Shown in pieces: positions 9,922 through 18,207 of a stretch of 24,000 nucleotides of DNA. The notes under the pieces were generated by a model. The model was not told the DNA's origin. It ran no database searches and saw nothing but the letters and a program-made list of their open reading frames with translations. The stretch's first letter is position 1. Every line of letters begins with the position of its first letter. The stretch is from assembly GCA_950068325.1 (NCBI GenBank), contig CATMHQ010000002.1:21142-45141 (forward strand). The letters are read 5' to 3'. The DNA is from an uncultured Fidelibacterota bacterium. Lineage in GTDB: Bacteria > Fidelibacterota > Marinisomatia > Marinisomatales > UBA1611. Made by a program: the position numbers and the translations under genes.

Positions 9922-10769
9922 GAACTCTCGAATATACGTAATTCCCTCAAACGGAAATAGTTCCTTGGATTTACCAAAGGTGATAGAACGCTCTTCGGCG
10001 CTTCCGATACGGTAAGTTGCGGCAGAGTTGTATAGGTCACATCCAACCCAGATGAATTAAAAAGAGTATACGCCACACTGACAAACAGGTCCCGGGGAAA
10101 TCGCCCCCGCACTTTTGGAAATCCGCAATCATTGAAAGCATCTTGTATCACGGTAGCACAATTGTTGGATACCATATTGAAATCCCTGTACTTCTCCGGT
10201 TCTTTTGGATTCGGTGGTGTGTTTAGAATGTCTTCCAAACTTTGTTTTAAAACAGCCATGAATTTTTCCGTATCTAACCCAAACACGCGGATCCGATGGA
10301 TCGTCCGCATGAAGTTTCGTCCAAATTTGTCATAAAACGCCCTGCCATCTTCCAGGATCTCAAACACGCCATTATTGGGTGACGGCGCAAATTCCCCCAG
10401 AGCAGGACGATAAAAATATTCTTCTTTCACCATGATCTCATTCTCATTCATGAGATGGGAAAAATTGAAAATGGAGCCATTCACATTGATGGCTGTATGT
10501 CCCAGAAGTGAGGCGACATATTTAATGAGCCGCTCATTGTAATAAAGATCAATAAAAGGTTTGTCCGGATTAAGTTCATCAGGCCAAATGATTATAATGG
10601 GTTCGCCCTTATCGTAATCCCGCTGTGTTAATTCTCTGGCAAAAACATTTTGTCCTCTCCAGTGATTGAGATAGCCGTCCCAAATAATACGGTTTTCAAA
10701 ATGGCGCATACCGTTTTCATCCAAAATAAAAGATGCGCCATTTTCCTGTGTAAGCCTCCCGTGAACCAT
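9918..10769 (-). CDS. Hypothetical protein; possible permuted papain-like (His...Cys order, PPPDE/LRAT/YiiX-style) hydrolase
   Basis: 283-aa ORF wedged between recO (3-nt gap) and the rhomboid gene (ATGA overlap at 9921-9918). No family was recognised with certainty. The motifs LLGHTAINVNGSIFNFSH and, about 115 aa later, MVSNNCATVIQDAF resemble the His-then-Cys motif pair of permuted NlpC/P60-clan enzymes. Confidence 0.55.
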   Translation of the reverse strand: MVHGRLTQENGASFILDENGMRHFENRIIWDGYLNHWRGQNVFARELTQRDYDKGEPIIIIWPDELNPDKPFIDLYYNERLIKYVASLLGHTAINVNGSIFNFSHLMNENEIMVKEEYFYRPALGEFAPSPNNGVFEILEDGRAFYDKFGRNFMRTIHRIRVFGLDTEKFMAVLKQSLEDILNTPPNPKEPEKYRDFNMVSNNCATVIQDAFNDCGFPKVRGRFPRDLFVSVAYTLFNSSGLDVTYTTLPQLTVSEAPKSVLSPLVNPRNYFRLRELRIFESS

Positions 10770-10772
10770 GAT

Positions 10773-11462
10773 CTAATCCGCCAAGATCTTGCGCACCACA
10801 TCCATGGATTTGATCTTGGCGAGCCCATCGAAATGATACCGAAGGGATGTCCATAAATAATCGCCTATGATTTTTCGATCCAAGGGTGTCACTTCATCTG
10901 TGGGGAGATTTTCAATATCTTCAGCCAGTAAACTGGCAAGAATTAATCCGCTATTTGGACCGGCATTGGGATCTGTTAATGTAAGTCCGGGGAAGTCCCG
11001 TTTATCTAAGTTGGGTTGAAATCCAAGGTGGGTCAGAAGCGCACATTCATAGAACCAGAATAAAATATTGGGGTCTGCTTTCTTTTCGTTGAATGCCCGT
11101 AATGTATCTACAAGCGCCTTGAATAACCCCGGATGCGGGTCTTCATCCAATAGGGTTTTCTCCGTCATTTCCAAAATGGCCATGGAGAGCGTAACGGATC
11201 GAAGGTCTTCCAGTATTTTGGGCCAGGATTCCCGGAAATTGACCTTGGATAACACCTGCAATTCCCGGCTGGGTTTATTATAGTAGATCACATCCACATA
11301 ACTCAAGGGTTGGAACTGGGCAGATTTAGGGGATTTTCGCGAACGGGCACCTTTAATGATAAGACTGATCTTGCCCTTATCTTCAGAAAAACAGCGGGCG
11401 ATGAGAGATGTATCACCGTAGGGGAATGATTTTAATACAATGGCGGGTGTATGGATGATCAT
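10773..11462 (-). CDS. recO: DNA repair protein RecO
   Basis: 229 aa. The N-terminal OB-fold signature is AIVLKSFPYGDTSLIARCFSEDKGKISLIIKGARSRKS...QPLSYVDVIYY, and the C-terminal helical region is typical of RecO. Confidence 0.9.
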   Translation of the reverse strand: MIIHTPAIVLKSFPYGDTSLIARCFSEDKGKISLIIKGARSRKSPKSAQFQPLSYVDVIYYNKPSRELQVLSKVNFRESWPKILEDLRSVTLSMAILEMTEKTLLDEDPHPGLFKALVDTLRAFNEKKADPNILFWFYECALLTHLGFQPNLDKRDFPGLTLTDPNAGPNSGLILASLLAEDIENLPTDEVTPLDRKIIGDYLWTSLRYHFDGLAKIKSMDVVRKILAD

Positions 11463-11481
11463 GGGAATTTTTTATAATCTT

Positions 11482-11534
11482 GACCACCCCTTTTGTCCCC
11501 TCTTCATATGAGGGGGGGGACGAAAGGGGTGGTC
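11482..11534. other. 53-nt GC-rich near-perfect palindrome (stem-loop) containing a G8 run; function unknown
   Basis: The sequence is GACCACCCCTTTTGTCCCCTC-TTCATAT-GAGGGGGGGGACGAAAGGGGTGGTC. It forms 12 perfect pairs, one T:G position, then at least 6 more pairs. It lies between the proS stop (11551) and the recO start (11462). Neither strand has a U-tract 3' of the stem. Confidence 0.8.
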
Positions 11535-11550
11535 TAAAAAAGTAAAGTGC

Positions 11551-13017
11551 CTAATACGCTTTGGCGTAAATCACCTCATGCTTAGCAGGCTTGCCGGAAT
11601 AAACACAAGTTAATCCTTCCGGATCTTCGTCCATTGGAATACAGCGGATGGTGGCTTTGGTTTCTTCTTTCACCTTTGCTTCTGTTTCGTCAGTCCCGTC
11701 CCAACCACAACGAACAAACCCACCTTCTTTAATAACTTTTTTCAAGTCGTCATAGGTTGAAATATTGTGGGTGTTTTCCTGCTGGAATTTCAATGCTTGC
11801 TGGAAAAGTCCATCTTGGATCTCATCCAACAAATCAGGAATTTTTGCAACAGCTTCATCTTTGGATAAAAATGATTTATCTCCTGTGTCCCGTCGCGCTA
11901 AAACCACATTTCTATTTTCTACATCTCTTGGACCCACTTCCATCCGCAGGGGCACCCCCTTCATTTCCCATTCATTAAATTTGAATCCCGGAGATCTATC
12001 TGTCCAATCCTGGTGAACACGAACATCAGCGCTCTCTAAAGATTCAACAATGGGGTCGAGATAATCTTTCACCATTTTTTCCTGTTCTTCATTGCGGGAA
12101 ATAGGAATAATGACTACCTGAATCGGTGCGATCTTCGGTGGCAAGCGGAGACCTTTTTCGTCACCGTGTGTTAAGATCACAGCACCCACAAGACGTGTAC
12201 TGACACCCCAGCTGGTTGCCCAAACCAATTCTTCTTTATTATCTTTGGTTTGAAAAGTAACATCAAACGCTTTAGCAAAATTTTGTCCCAAATTATGAGA
12301 TGTGCCAGCCTGAAGTGCCCGCTTGTCTCCCATCATAGCTTCGATGCAGTAGGTTTTGACCGCCCCAGCGAATTTCTCTGATTCCGTCTTTAATCCTGTG
12401 AGTACCGGCATTGCCAAATAATCTTCCGCCAATTGGCGGTAGAGTTCCAGGATATTCAGTGTTTCTTGTTGGGCTTCTTTTTCCGTAGCGTGGGCTGTAT
12501 GCCCCTCCTGCCATAAAAATTCGGATGTGCGAAGAAACAACCGCGTCCGCATTTCCCACCGAACTACATTGACCCATTGATTGATAAGCACAGGCAGATC
12601 TCGATAAGATTGGATCCACTTTTTATACATGGACCAAATCACTGTTTCCGATGTTGGGCGTACAATAATCTCTTCTTCTAATTTCGATTCCGGGTCCACC
12701 ACAATACCGTGCTCATCATCGAATTTGAGACGTGTATGCGTCACCACAGCACATTCTTTTGCAAATCCTTCCACGTGTTGCGCTTCCCGGGCCAAAAATG
12801 ATTTTGGAATAAAGAGCGGGAAATAGGCATTCACATGACCTGTGGCTTTGATCATTTTATCAAATGATTCTTTAATATTATCCCAGAGTTGGAAGCCGTA
12901 AGGCTTGATAACCATGGTTCCTTTCACGGGACCGTGATCAGCCAGATCAGCGCGTTTTACAACCTGGTTGTACCATGCGGAAAAATCTGTATCTCTATTG
13001 GGTAATCCTTTGCTCAT
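11551..13017 (-). CDS. proS: Proline--tRNA ligase, archaeal/eukaryote-like type
   Basis: 488 aa. The sequence includes DFSAWYNQVVKRADLADHGPVKGTMVIKPYGFQLWD, class II motifs (RPTSETVI, FLRTSEFLWQEGHTAH, GTSHNLGQNF), an anticodon-binding domain, and the C-terminal zinc-type domain ending YAKAY. Confidence 0.95.
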   Translation of the reverse strand: MSKGLPNRDTDFSAWYNQVVKRADLADHGPVKGTMVIKPYGFQLWDNIKESFDKMIKATGHVNAYFPLFIPKSFLAREAQHVEGFAKECAVVTHTRLKFDDEHGIVVDPESKLEEEIIVRPTSETVIWSMYKKWIQSYRDLPVLINQWVNVVRWEMRTRLFLRTSEFLWQEGHTAHATEKEAQQETLNILELYRQLAEDYLAMPVLTGLKTESEKFAGAVKTYCIEAMMGDKRALQAGTSHNLGQNFAKAFDVTFQTKDNKEELVWATSWGVSTRLVGAVILTHGDEKGLRLPPKIAPIQVVIIPISRNEEQEKMVKDYLDPIVESLESADVRVHQDWTDRSPGFKFNEWEMKGVPLRMEVGPRDVENRNVVLARRDTGDKSFLSKDEAVAKIPDLLDEIQDGLFQQALKFQQENTHNISTYDDLKKVIKEGGFVRCGWDGTDETEAKVKEETKATIRCIPMDEDPEGLTCVYSGKPAKHEVIYAKAY

Positions 13018-13108
13018 AATAAAAAATATATCGCTTAAATATTGACAGGAAAATTACGGTACAGGCAAAGGGGCTCCAAAGATGTTAAACATCAAGTCTT
13101 TAAAGCAC

Positions 13109-13146
13109 ATATTTTTCACTTTTTCTTCGTGACACTTCACGAACTT
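13109..13146. repeat. Copy A of a 38-nt intergenic motif (ATATTTTTCACTTTTTCTTCGTGACACTTCACGAACTT)
   Basis: 31 of 38 positions are identical, ungapped and in the same orientation, to 19376-19413 (counted by eye). The shared core is TTTTTCTT-GTGACACTT--CG-ACTT. Confidence 0.7.
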
Positions 13147-13183
13147 AATGGCTAGTGAATTAATAAGGTTAAAACAATAAAAA

Positions 13184-13987
13184 TTATTTTGTCCAACACA
13201 CAGGAAATAGTGGATGGTCCAATAGGTCACCCTGTTTAAAGGATTTTAATTCCGGAAAGGGTGGCGAAGTTTCTCCGGGCCGTTCAGCAAAAACTGCATC
13301 ATCCCCTATCCATCGGGACGAAAAGGCTCTTCTCCTTAACCGACTATGGGGGTTCCCTTTTCCTGAATGGAGAGATTTAAAATGAAATACAATACAATCC
13401 CCCGGTTCCATGTCCCATGACAAGATCTTGAATTCGCTCCTATGCGCATCAATGTCTGGAATCGCATCAAAACTCCCGGGGGGATAGTTGTAGTCACTCA
13501 AGGTCAGGAATTTGATGGGCATGAACATTTTTCCAAAAAGATGAGATCCGGCAACAAATTCCAACCCCGATTCTTTAGGGACAGGATCTAAGGGCAGCCA
13601 AATGCTGCACACCTGTTCACCATCCACGCAATAATAGGGCTGATCATGATGCCAAGGAGTGGGCTCTGCAGTTTTCGGTTCCTTCACAAGTACATGTTCA
13701 TGAAAAATCCGCATCTCAAAAGATTGAGTTAAGCGGCCGGCAATTTCCGCGGCGGGAGAATTGAATACAAAATCTTTATACTCTTTAAAACGGCCCCAGT
13801 TACAATAATCATCGTAAAAATCACCCTCATCATCTTGCGGGGTGTATTGGCATGCATAGGGTCCCGGATCCTTGCGGTTTTTCTCTATACCCTCGCCCAA
13901 TATGTCTAGCCAATCAAGGTCAAAAGCATTCTTGAGCAGGATGGCGCCATTTTCAGAAAATTCCTGAATTTGCGAATTGGATATCAC
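13184..13987 (-). CDS. Phytanoyl-CoA dioxygenase (PhyH) family Fe(II)/2-oxoglutarate-dependent oxygenase
   Basis: 267 aa. The N-terminus (F.ENGAILLKNAF) is typical of PhyH. The facial triad is WHHDQ (HxD) plus the distal His in FKSLHSG, with the 2OG-binding Arg region RRRAFSSRW. Confidence 0.85.
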   Translation of the reverse strand: MISNSQIQEFSENGAILLKNAFDLDWLDILGEGIEKNRKDPGPYACQYTPQDDEGDFYDDYCNWGRFKEYKDFVFNSPAAEIAGRLTQSFEMRIFHEHVLVKEPKTAEPTPWHHDQPYYCVDGEQVCSIWLPLDPVPKESGLEFVAGSHLFGKMFMPIKFLTLSDYNYPPGSFDAIPDIDAHRSEFKILSWDMEPGDCIVFHFKSLHSGKGNPHSRLRRRAFSSRWIGDDAVFAERPGETSPPFPELKSFKQGDLLDHPLFPVCWTK

Positions 13988-14784
13988 CCTTGATTCACAC
14001 GTCCATAAAATAATTTCTGAACTTCAGGACTATTCATCACATTGGGTTTATCCTTGTAACATAATGTGCCGACGTACCTTGTAGTTTTCCCTTTAATTGG
14101 TGTAACGCGATGTAACGAATAGAATCCTGCAAATATGAGCAGATCACCCGGTTCAACATCTAATGTAACTACGCCAGAATCAGATCCTTTCAGGACGGCG
14201 CTTAACATTGAATAATCGTCGGTATCCTTTTTTCGTAAATCGGGAACAGTTTGAAACAAGCCGCCCTCAACAGACTTTTGGATCAGCAAAGTTATTGTTA
14301 CTTGTGATTCATCATAATGCCAGCCATGGTTTTGGCTTGCTCGCATACAGTTAACCGTGAGCGCTGCCATGGGGTCGGCCATTCGAAACAGTTTATACTC
14401 CAACACTTCTGATAAAAAGTGAATGAGTGGATCCCAATTATATAATTGATGCAATGCATCGTTTGGGCTCATCAGGTCATGCGGAATAGAATTCAGGGAT
14501 GTTGTTTCCCTCATTCTTAATGGATGGTCCATCGGCAACGCACTATTATCCTCTTCAAAAAAAACATTATGATTATCTTCGCAATAATGGGATCTATGAA
14601 TGGTGCGATCAGTTTCTGCGATCATTCTTTCGAGGATGGGTTGCTGCACAAAATTTTTAAGAATCACTGCTCCTGTTTGTTGAAACGATGATTTACAATT
14701 TTCCGCCAAGGTTTTCCATGCATCCGTCCCAGGTTGATCGAGAGGGTATTTCTCTTTATTTATAATATATTCTGTGCCCTGCAT
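13984..14784 (-). CDS. 2OG-Fe(II) oxygenase superfamily protein (family not resolved)
   Basis: It has the HxD motif GWHYDES, a distal His in FYSLHRVTP, and an Arg in TTRYVGTL. The track starts at GTG 14787; the adjacent ATG 14784 is more likely. Its stop overlaps the PhyH gene's ATG (13987-13984). Confidence 0.7.
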   Translation of the reverse strand: MQGTEYIINKEKYPLDQPGTDAWKTLAENCKSSFQQTGAVILKNFVQQPILERMIAETDRTIHRSHYCEDNHNVFFEEDNSALPMDHPLRMRETTSLNSIPHDLMSPNDALHQLYNWDPLIHFLSEVLEYKLFRMADPMAALTVNCMRASQNHGWHYDESQVTITLLIQKSVEGGLFQTVPDLRKKDTDDYSMLSAVLKGSDSGVVTLDVEPGDLLIFAGFYSLHRVTPIKGKTTRYVGTLCYKDKPNVMNSPEVQKLFYGRVNQG

Positions 14785-14848
14785 CACCAGAAAATATAAA
14801 GGGTTTTCCCCATTCCCCTGAAGATTAAATTCCCGCCTTTATTTTATC

Positions 14849-16210
14849 ATGAAAGCTAAGGACCATTCGCCAAAACTTGATCGCCAGTTGGGGTTATTCG
14901 ACAGTTCCATGATGGTGATTGGGATCGTAATCGGTTCCGGGATTTTCATGACCACCGGACTGATGGCATATGCCCTGCCATCAGCATCCTTGATCCTAAT
15001 TGCTTGGGTATTAGGTGGTTTACAAATGCTGGCTGGCGCCCTGACCTATGCAGAATTGGGTGCGGCCATGCCGAAGGCCGGGGGACAATATGTTTATCTG
15101 CGAGAAGCCTATGGTTCATTACCTGCATTTCTTTTTGGCTGGGTCGCTTTTATCGCCTATTTATCCGGGACAAATGCAGCAATCGCCGTTGCAGTATCGG
15201 AACATCTTGGCTCATTCTATCCCTTAGTTTCAACTCAGACTAGTTTGCTTAGTGTTGGAATATTTTCCATTTCTGGTGGCCAAGTTTTTGCATTATTCCT
15301 TATAATGGGCTTAAGTCTCATTAATTATTGCGGTGTTGTATTTGGCAAGTGGATCCAAAATATTTTTACAGTCTTGAAAATTGGCACCATATTATTATTC
15401 GCCATTGCCGGCTTATTTATATCTTCAGGTCATCACTTAGATCTTTCATTGAACCCGACTCAAATGAGCTTTGGTTCTATCTTGACTGGAATGGGTATTG
15501 CCTTGGTGGCAGTAAACTGGACAGTGGGCGGATGGGACTATGTTACCTTAGCAGCAGGAGAGATCAAAAATCCAAAAAGGAATATTCCCTTAGCGTTACT
15601 ATTTGGCACATTGGTGATCCTTGTATTGTATTTTCTCATAAACATTGCCTATCTAAAAGCACAGCCCATTGCCGCTCTTGCAGGTGAAGTTAAGGTTGGC
15701 GAAGCCACGGCTAGGATTCTTTATGGACAAGGAATTGCCGGTTTATTTACAGGTGTGATCATTATTTCAATGTTTGGGTCATTGAACGGGAATATTCTGG
15801 TGGGGCCAAGAGTCACCTATGCCATGGCTAAAGATAATTTGTTTTTTTCCAGCGCCGCTGATGTCCATCCGAGATTTCATACACCTGGAAATGCGATTAT
15901 CATTCAAGGAATTTGGGCTTGTATTCTAACACTTTCCGGAACCTTTGAAGAATTGATTACCTTGGTCGTATTCGTGAATTTTATGTTATGGATAGCAGCC
16001 GCATCAACCGTTTTTGTTTTAAGGAAAAAACAACCTGATCTAGAACGACCTTATAAAGTATGGGGCTATCCCTATGTTCCAGCATTTTTTATCATCTTTT
16101 CATCAGCCATAATGATAAATACTTTTATGGTATCACCGGTACAATCATTAATGGGCATAGGGCTTACTTTATTAGGTATTCCAGCTTATTTATATTGGAA
16201 GAAAAATTAG
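14849..16210 (+). CDS. APC superfamily amino acid permease (LAT/SteT-like)
   Basis: 453 aa with about 12 TM segments. The TM1 signature is MMVIGIVIGSGIFMTTG, and ALTYAELGAAMPKAGGQYVYLREAYG is typical of APC/LAT transporters. Confidence 0.9.
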   Translation: MKAKDHSPKLDRQLGLFDSSMMVIGIVIGSGIFMTTGLMAYALPSASLILIAWVLGGLQMLAGALTYAELGAAMPKAGGQYVYLREAYGSLPAFLFGWVAFIAYLSGTNAAIAVAVSEHLGSFYPLVSTQTSLLSVGIFSISGGQVFALFLIMGLSLINYCGVVFGKWIQNIFTVLKIGTILLFAIAGLFISSGHHLDLSLNPTQMSFGSILTGMGIALVAVNWTVGGWDYVTLAAGEIKNPKRNIPLALLFGTLVILVLYFLINIAYLKAQPIAALAGEVKVGEATARILYGQGIAGLFTGVIIISMFGSLNGNILVGPRVTYAMAKDNLFFSSAADVHPRFHTPGNAIIIQGIWACILTLSGTFEELITLVVFVNFMLWIAAASTVFVLRKKQPDLERPYKVWGYPYVPAFFIIFSSAIMINTFMVSPVQSLMGIGLTLLGIPAYLYWKKN

Positions 16211-16381
16211 TTATTCAGAACATAAAAAACGAGTTCGGTGATAAGCCTTGATTTGTCATCAATCATCCAGCCAATCAAATATTCAATTAATCCGATACTT
16301 GGATCTCTTGGTGAACTCCGCTTGTCTGCCGGAACGAATGTGCAGGCATGGTGTTTGAAAATAATAAATATTCCTTAAATC

Positions 16382-18058
16382 ATGTCGGTCAGGTATTTAT
16401 TTTCCAAGATGATAAAACCACTTAATATTATTTTCATCCTTACTATGATGCTTCATATAAGTTGCGAATCGTCAAGCACAGTTCTTTATACCAATTGCCA
16501 TGTGTATGGCCGGCCGGACATTAACGCCATCCTTTGCAGTGATGGCAAGATTGCCCAACTCCTCCCCAGTGGGAATGTGGTTGCAGACAAACGCATCGAT
16601 CTGAACGGCAGCTGGGTTTATCCCGGGTTTACAGACTCCCACATCCACCTCACCGGATTGGGCTGGTCCCTGGAATCTGTGGATATGGTAGGCACACCTA
16701 CGAAAGAAGCCGCCCTTGAAAAAGCCCGAGAAGCTATATCAACCACACCGGAAGGCACATGGATACGGGGCCGTGGCTGGGACCAGAATGACTGGCCGGT
16801 GATTGAATATCCCACTGCTGCTGACCTGGATGCAATAGCCCCAAATCATTCCGTACTTTTCCGAAGAATTGATGGCCATGCTTGCTGGACTAACAGTGTG
16901 GTATTGGACCTTGCAGGTATTACTAAGGATACGCCGGATCCTGACGGCGGTAAAATCATCCGGGATGTAAATGGTAATCCAACCGGTATTTTTATTGATA
17001 ATGCCATGGATTTGGTTGAAGCACATATTCCGCCCATTAATGACGGAGATATCCGAAGAAGGATCACAAAAGCCCAGTCATTTTTGAATAGAATGGGATT
17101 GACCTCGGCTCATGATGCCGGGACATCCCAACTTGAAATATCTATTTTAAAGAACATGGCAAATAAGGGTGATTTATCAATTCGAATATTTACGATGCTC
17201 CATAACAATCGGGACGATTATGATTCTTTTTTGTCGATAGGACCTGAGGCTGAAGATCCTTTCCTTAAGGTACAAGCACTTAAAATCTACATGGATGGTG
17301 CTTTGGGTTCCCGCGGGGCAGCATTGTTGGAACCTTATTCCGATGATCCGGGAAACTTTGGCCTTTTGCGGACTGAGGTTCCCGATCTGGCCACATTGGT
17401 AAAAACATTTAATGCCGCTGGTTTCCAGGTAAACACACACGGTATCGGTGACCGGGCAATCCGGCTGATCCTGGACATGTATGAGCAACATGCTGATCCT
17501 GCCTTAAGAAACCGAATTGAACACGCTCAGAATATTCATAAGGATGATATCCCAAGATTTAAGGAATTGGGCGTGATCCCTTCCATGCAGGCCACACACT
17601 GCACAAGCGACATGTATTGGGCGGACGAACGACTGGGCGATGCACGTCTTCACGAAGCTTACCCCTGGCAGTCGCTCATTAAGACTGGTGTTGTTATTCC
17701 TGGCGGTTCGGATACACCGGTTGAACATCCCGATCCATTGGAAGGCATCTATGCGGCGGTAACACGTCAGGATAAAACAGGCTGGCCGGTGGGTGGGTGG
17801 CAATCTCACGAACGAATGACATTGGAACAGGCCATTAAATCTTATACCGAATGGGCTGCCTTTGCCTCCTTTGAAGAAGATGTGAAAGGAAAGATCGAAC
17901 CAGGATTTTATGCGGATTTCACCGTTTTAGATCGAGAACTCTCTGCCGAAAATCCCATGGATATTTTGAATACGGATGTGATGTTTACTATAGTAAACGG
18001 AAAGATTGTTTACCAGCAATCTTTAAAAAACCATTCCGCCAATACGGCGGATAAATGA
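16382..18058 (+). CDS. Metal-dependent amidohydrolase (Amidohydro_3, YtcJ-like), probable lipoprotein
   Basis: Motifs are GFTDSHIHLTGLG (HxH), KIYMDGALGSRGA, NTHGIGDRA, IEHAQ, ATHCTSD and GGSDTPVE. The N-terminal signal has a Cys (ILTMMLHISCESS). An alternative ATG at 16409 is possible. Confidence 0.85.
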   Translation: MSVRYLFSKMIKPLNIIFILTMMLHISCESSSTVLYTNCHVYGRPDINAILCSDGKIAQLLPSGNVVADKRIDLNGSWVYPGFTDSHIHLTGLGWSLESVDMVGTPTKEAALEKAREAISTTPEGTWIRGRGWDQNDWPVIEYPTAADLDAIAPNHSVLFRRIDGHACWTNSVVLDLAGITKDTPDPDGGKIIRDVNGNPTGIFIDNAMDLVEAHIPPINDGDIRRRITKAQSFLNRMGLTSAHDAGTSQLEISILKNMANKGDLSIRIFTMLHNNRDDYDSFLSIGPEAEDPFLKVQALKIYMDGALGSRGAALLEPYSDDPGNFGLLRTEVPDLATLVKTFNAAGFQVNTHGIGDRAIRLILDMYEQHADPALRNRIEHAQNIHKDDIPRFKELGVIPSMQATHCTSDMYWADERLGDARLHEAYPWQSLIKTGVVIPGGSDTPVEHPDPLEGIYAAVTRQDKTGWPVGGWQSHERMTLEQAIKSYTEWAAFASFEEDVKGKIEPGFYADFTVLDRELSAENPMDILNTDVMFTIVNGKIVYQQSLKNHSANTADK

Positions 18059-18129
18059 AATGGTTAAATGTTCTAATAAGATTACTAACTCATGATTTAA
18101 GTCATGGGTTTAACAAATTATAACTCGTA

Positions 18130-18180
18130 AAACCGTTTTACCTGCCGGCCCTTTGTTGGTGGGAGCAGGCGGGACGGTTT
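18130..18180 (+). other. Imperfect GC-rich stem-loop between the amidohydrolase gene and trmH-like gene (terminator or leader candidate)
   Basis: AAACCGT (18130-18136) pairs with ACGGTTT (18174-18180). The inner pairs are CCTGC/GCAGG and CCC/GGG. Only the TTT of the stem precedes an A-run, so this is not a canonical intrinsic terminator. Confidence 0.3.
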
Positions 18181-18207
18181 AAAAGTAATGGAGGCTTCTT
18201 CAATATT

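Noticed and set aside
13018-13183. T-box leader upstream of proS
   Set aside because: The 166-bp spacer is short for a T-box. I see no T-box sequence (AA..GGTGGTACCGCG-like), no specifier or antiterminator architecture, and no terminator before the ATG.
16307-16330. Possible third copy of the 38-nt motif upstream of the amidohydrolase gene (CTTGGTGAACTCCGCTTGTCTGCC)
   Set aside because: It reaches only about two-thirds identity, and only with a gap. That is too weak to distinguish from chance by eye.
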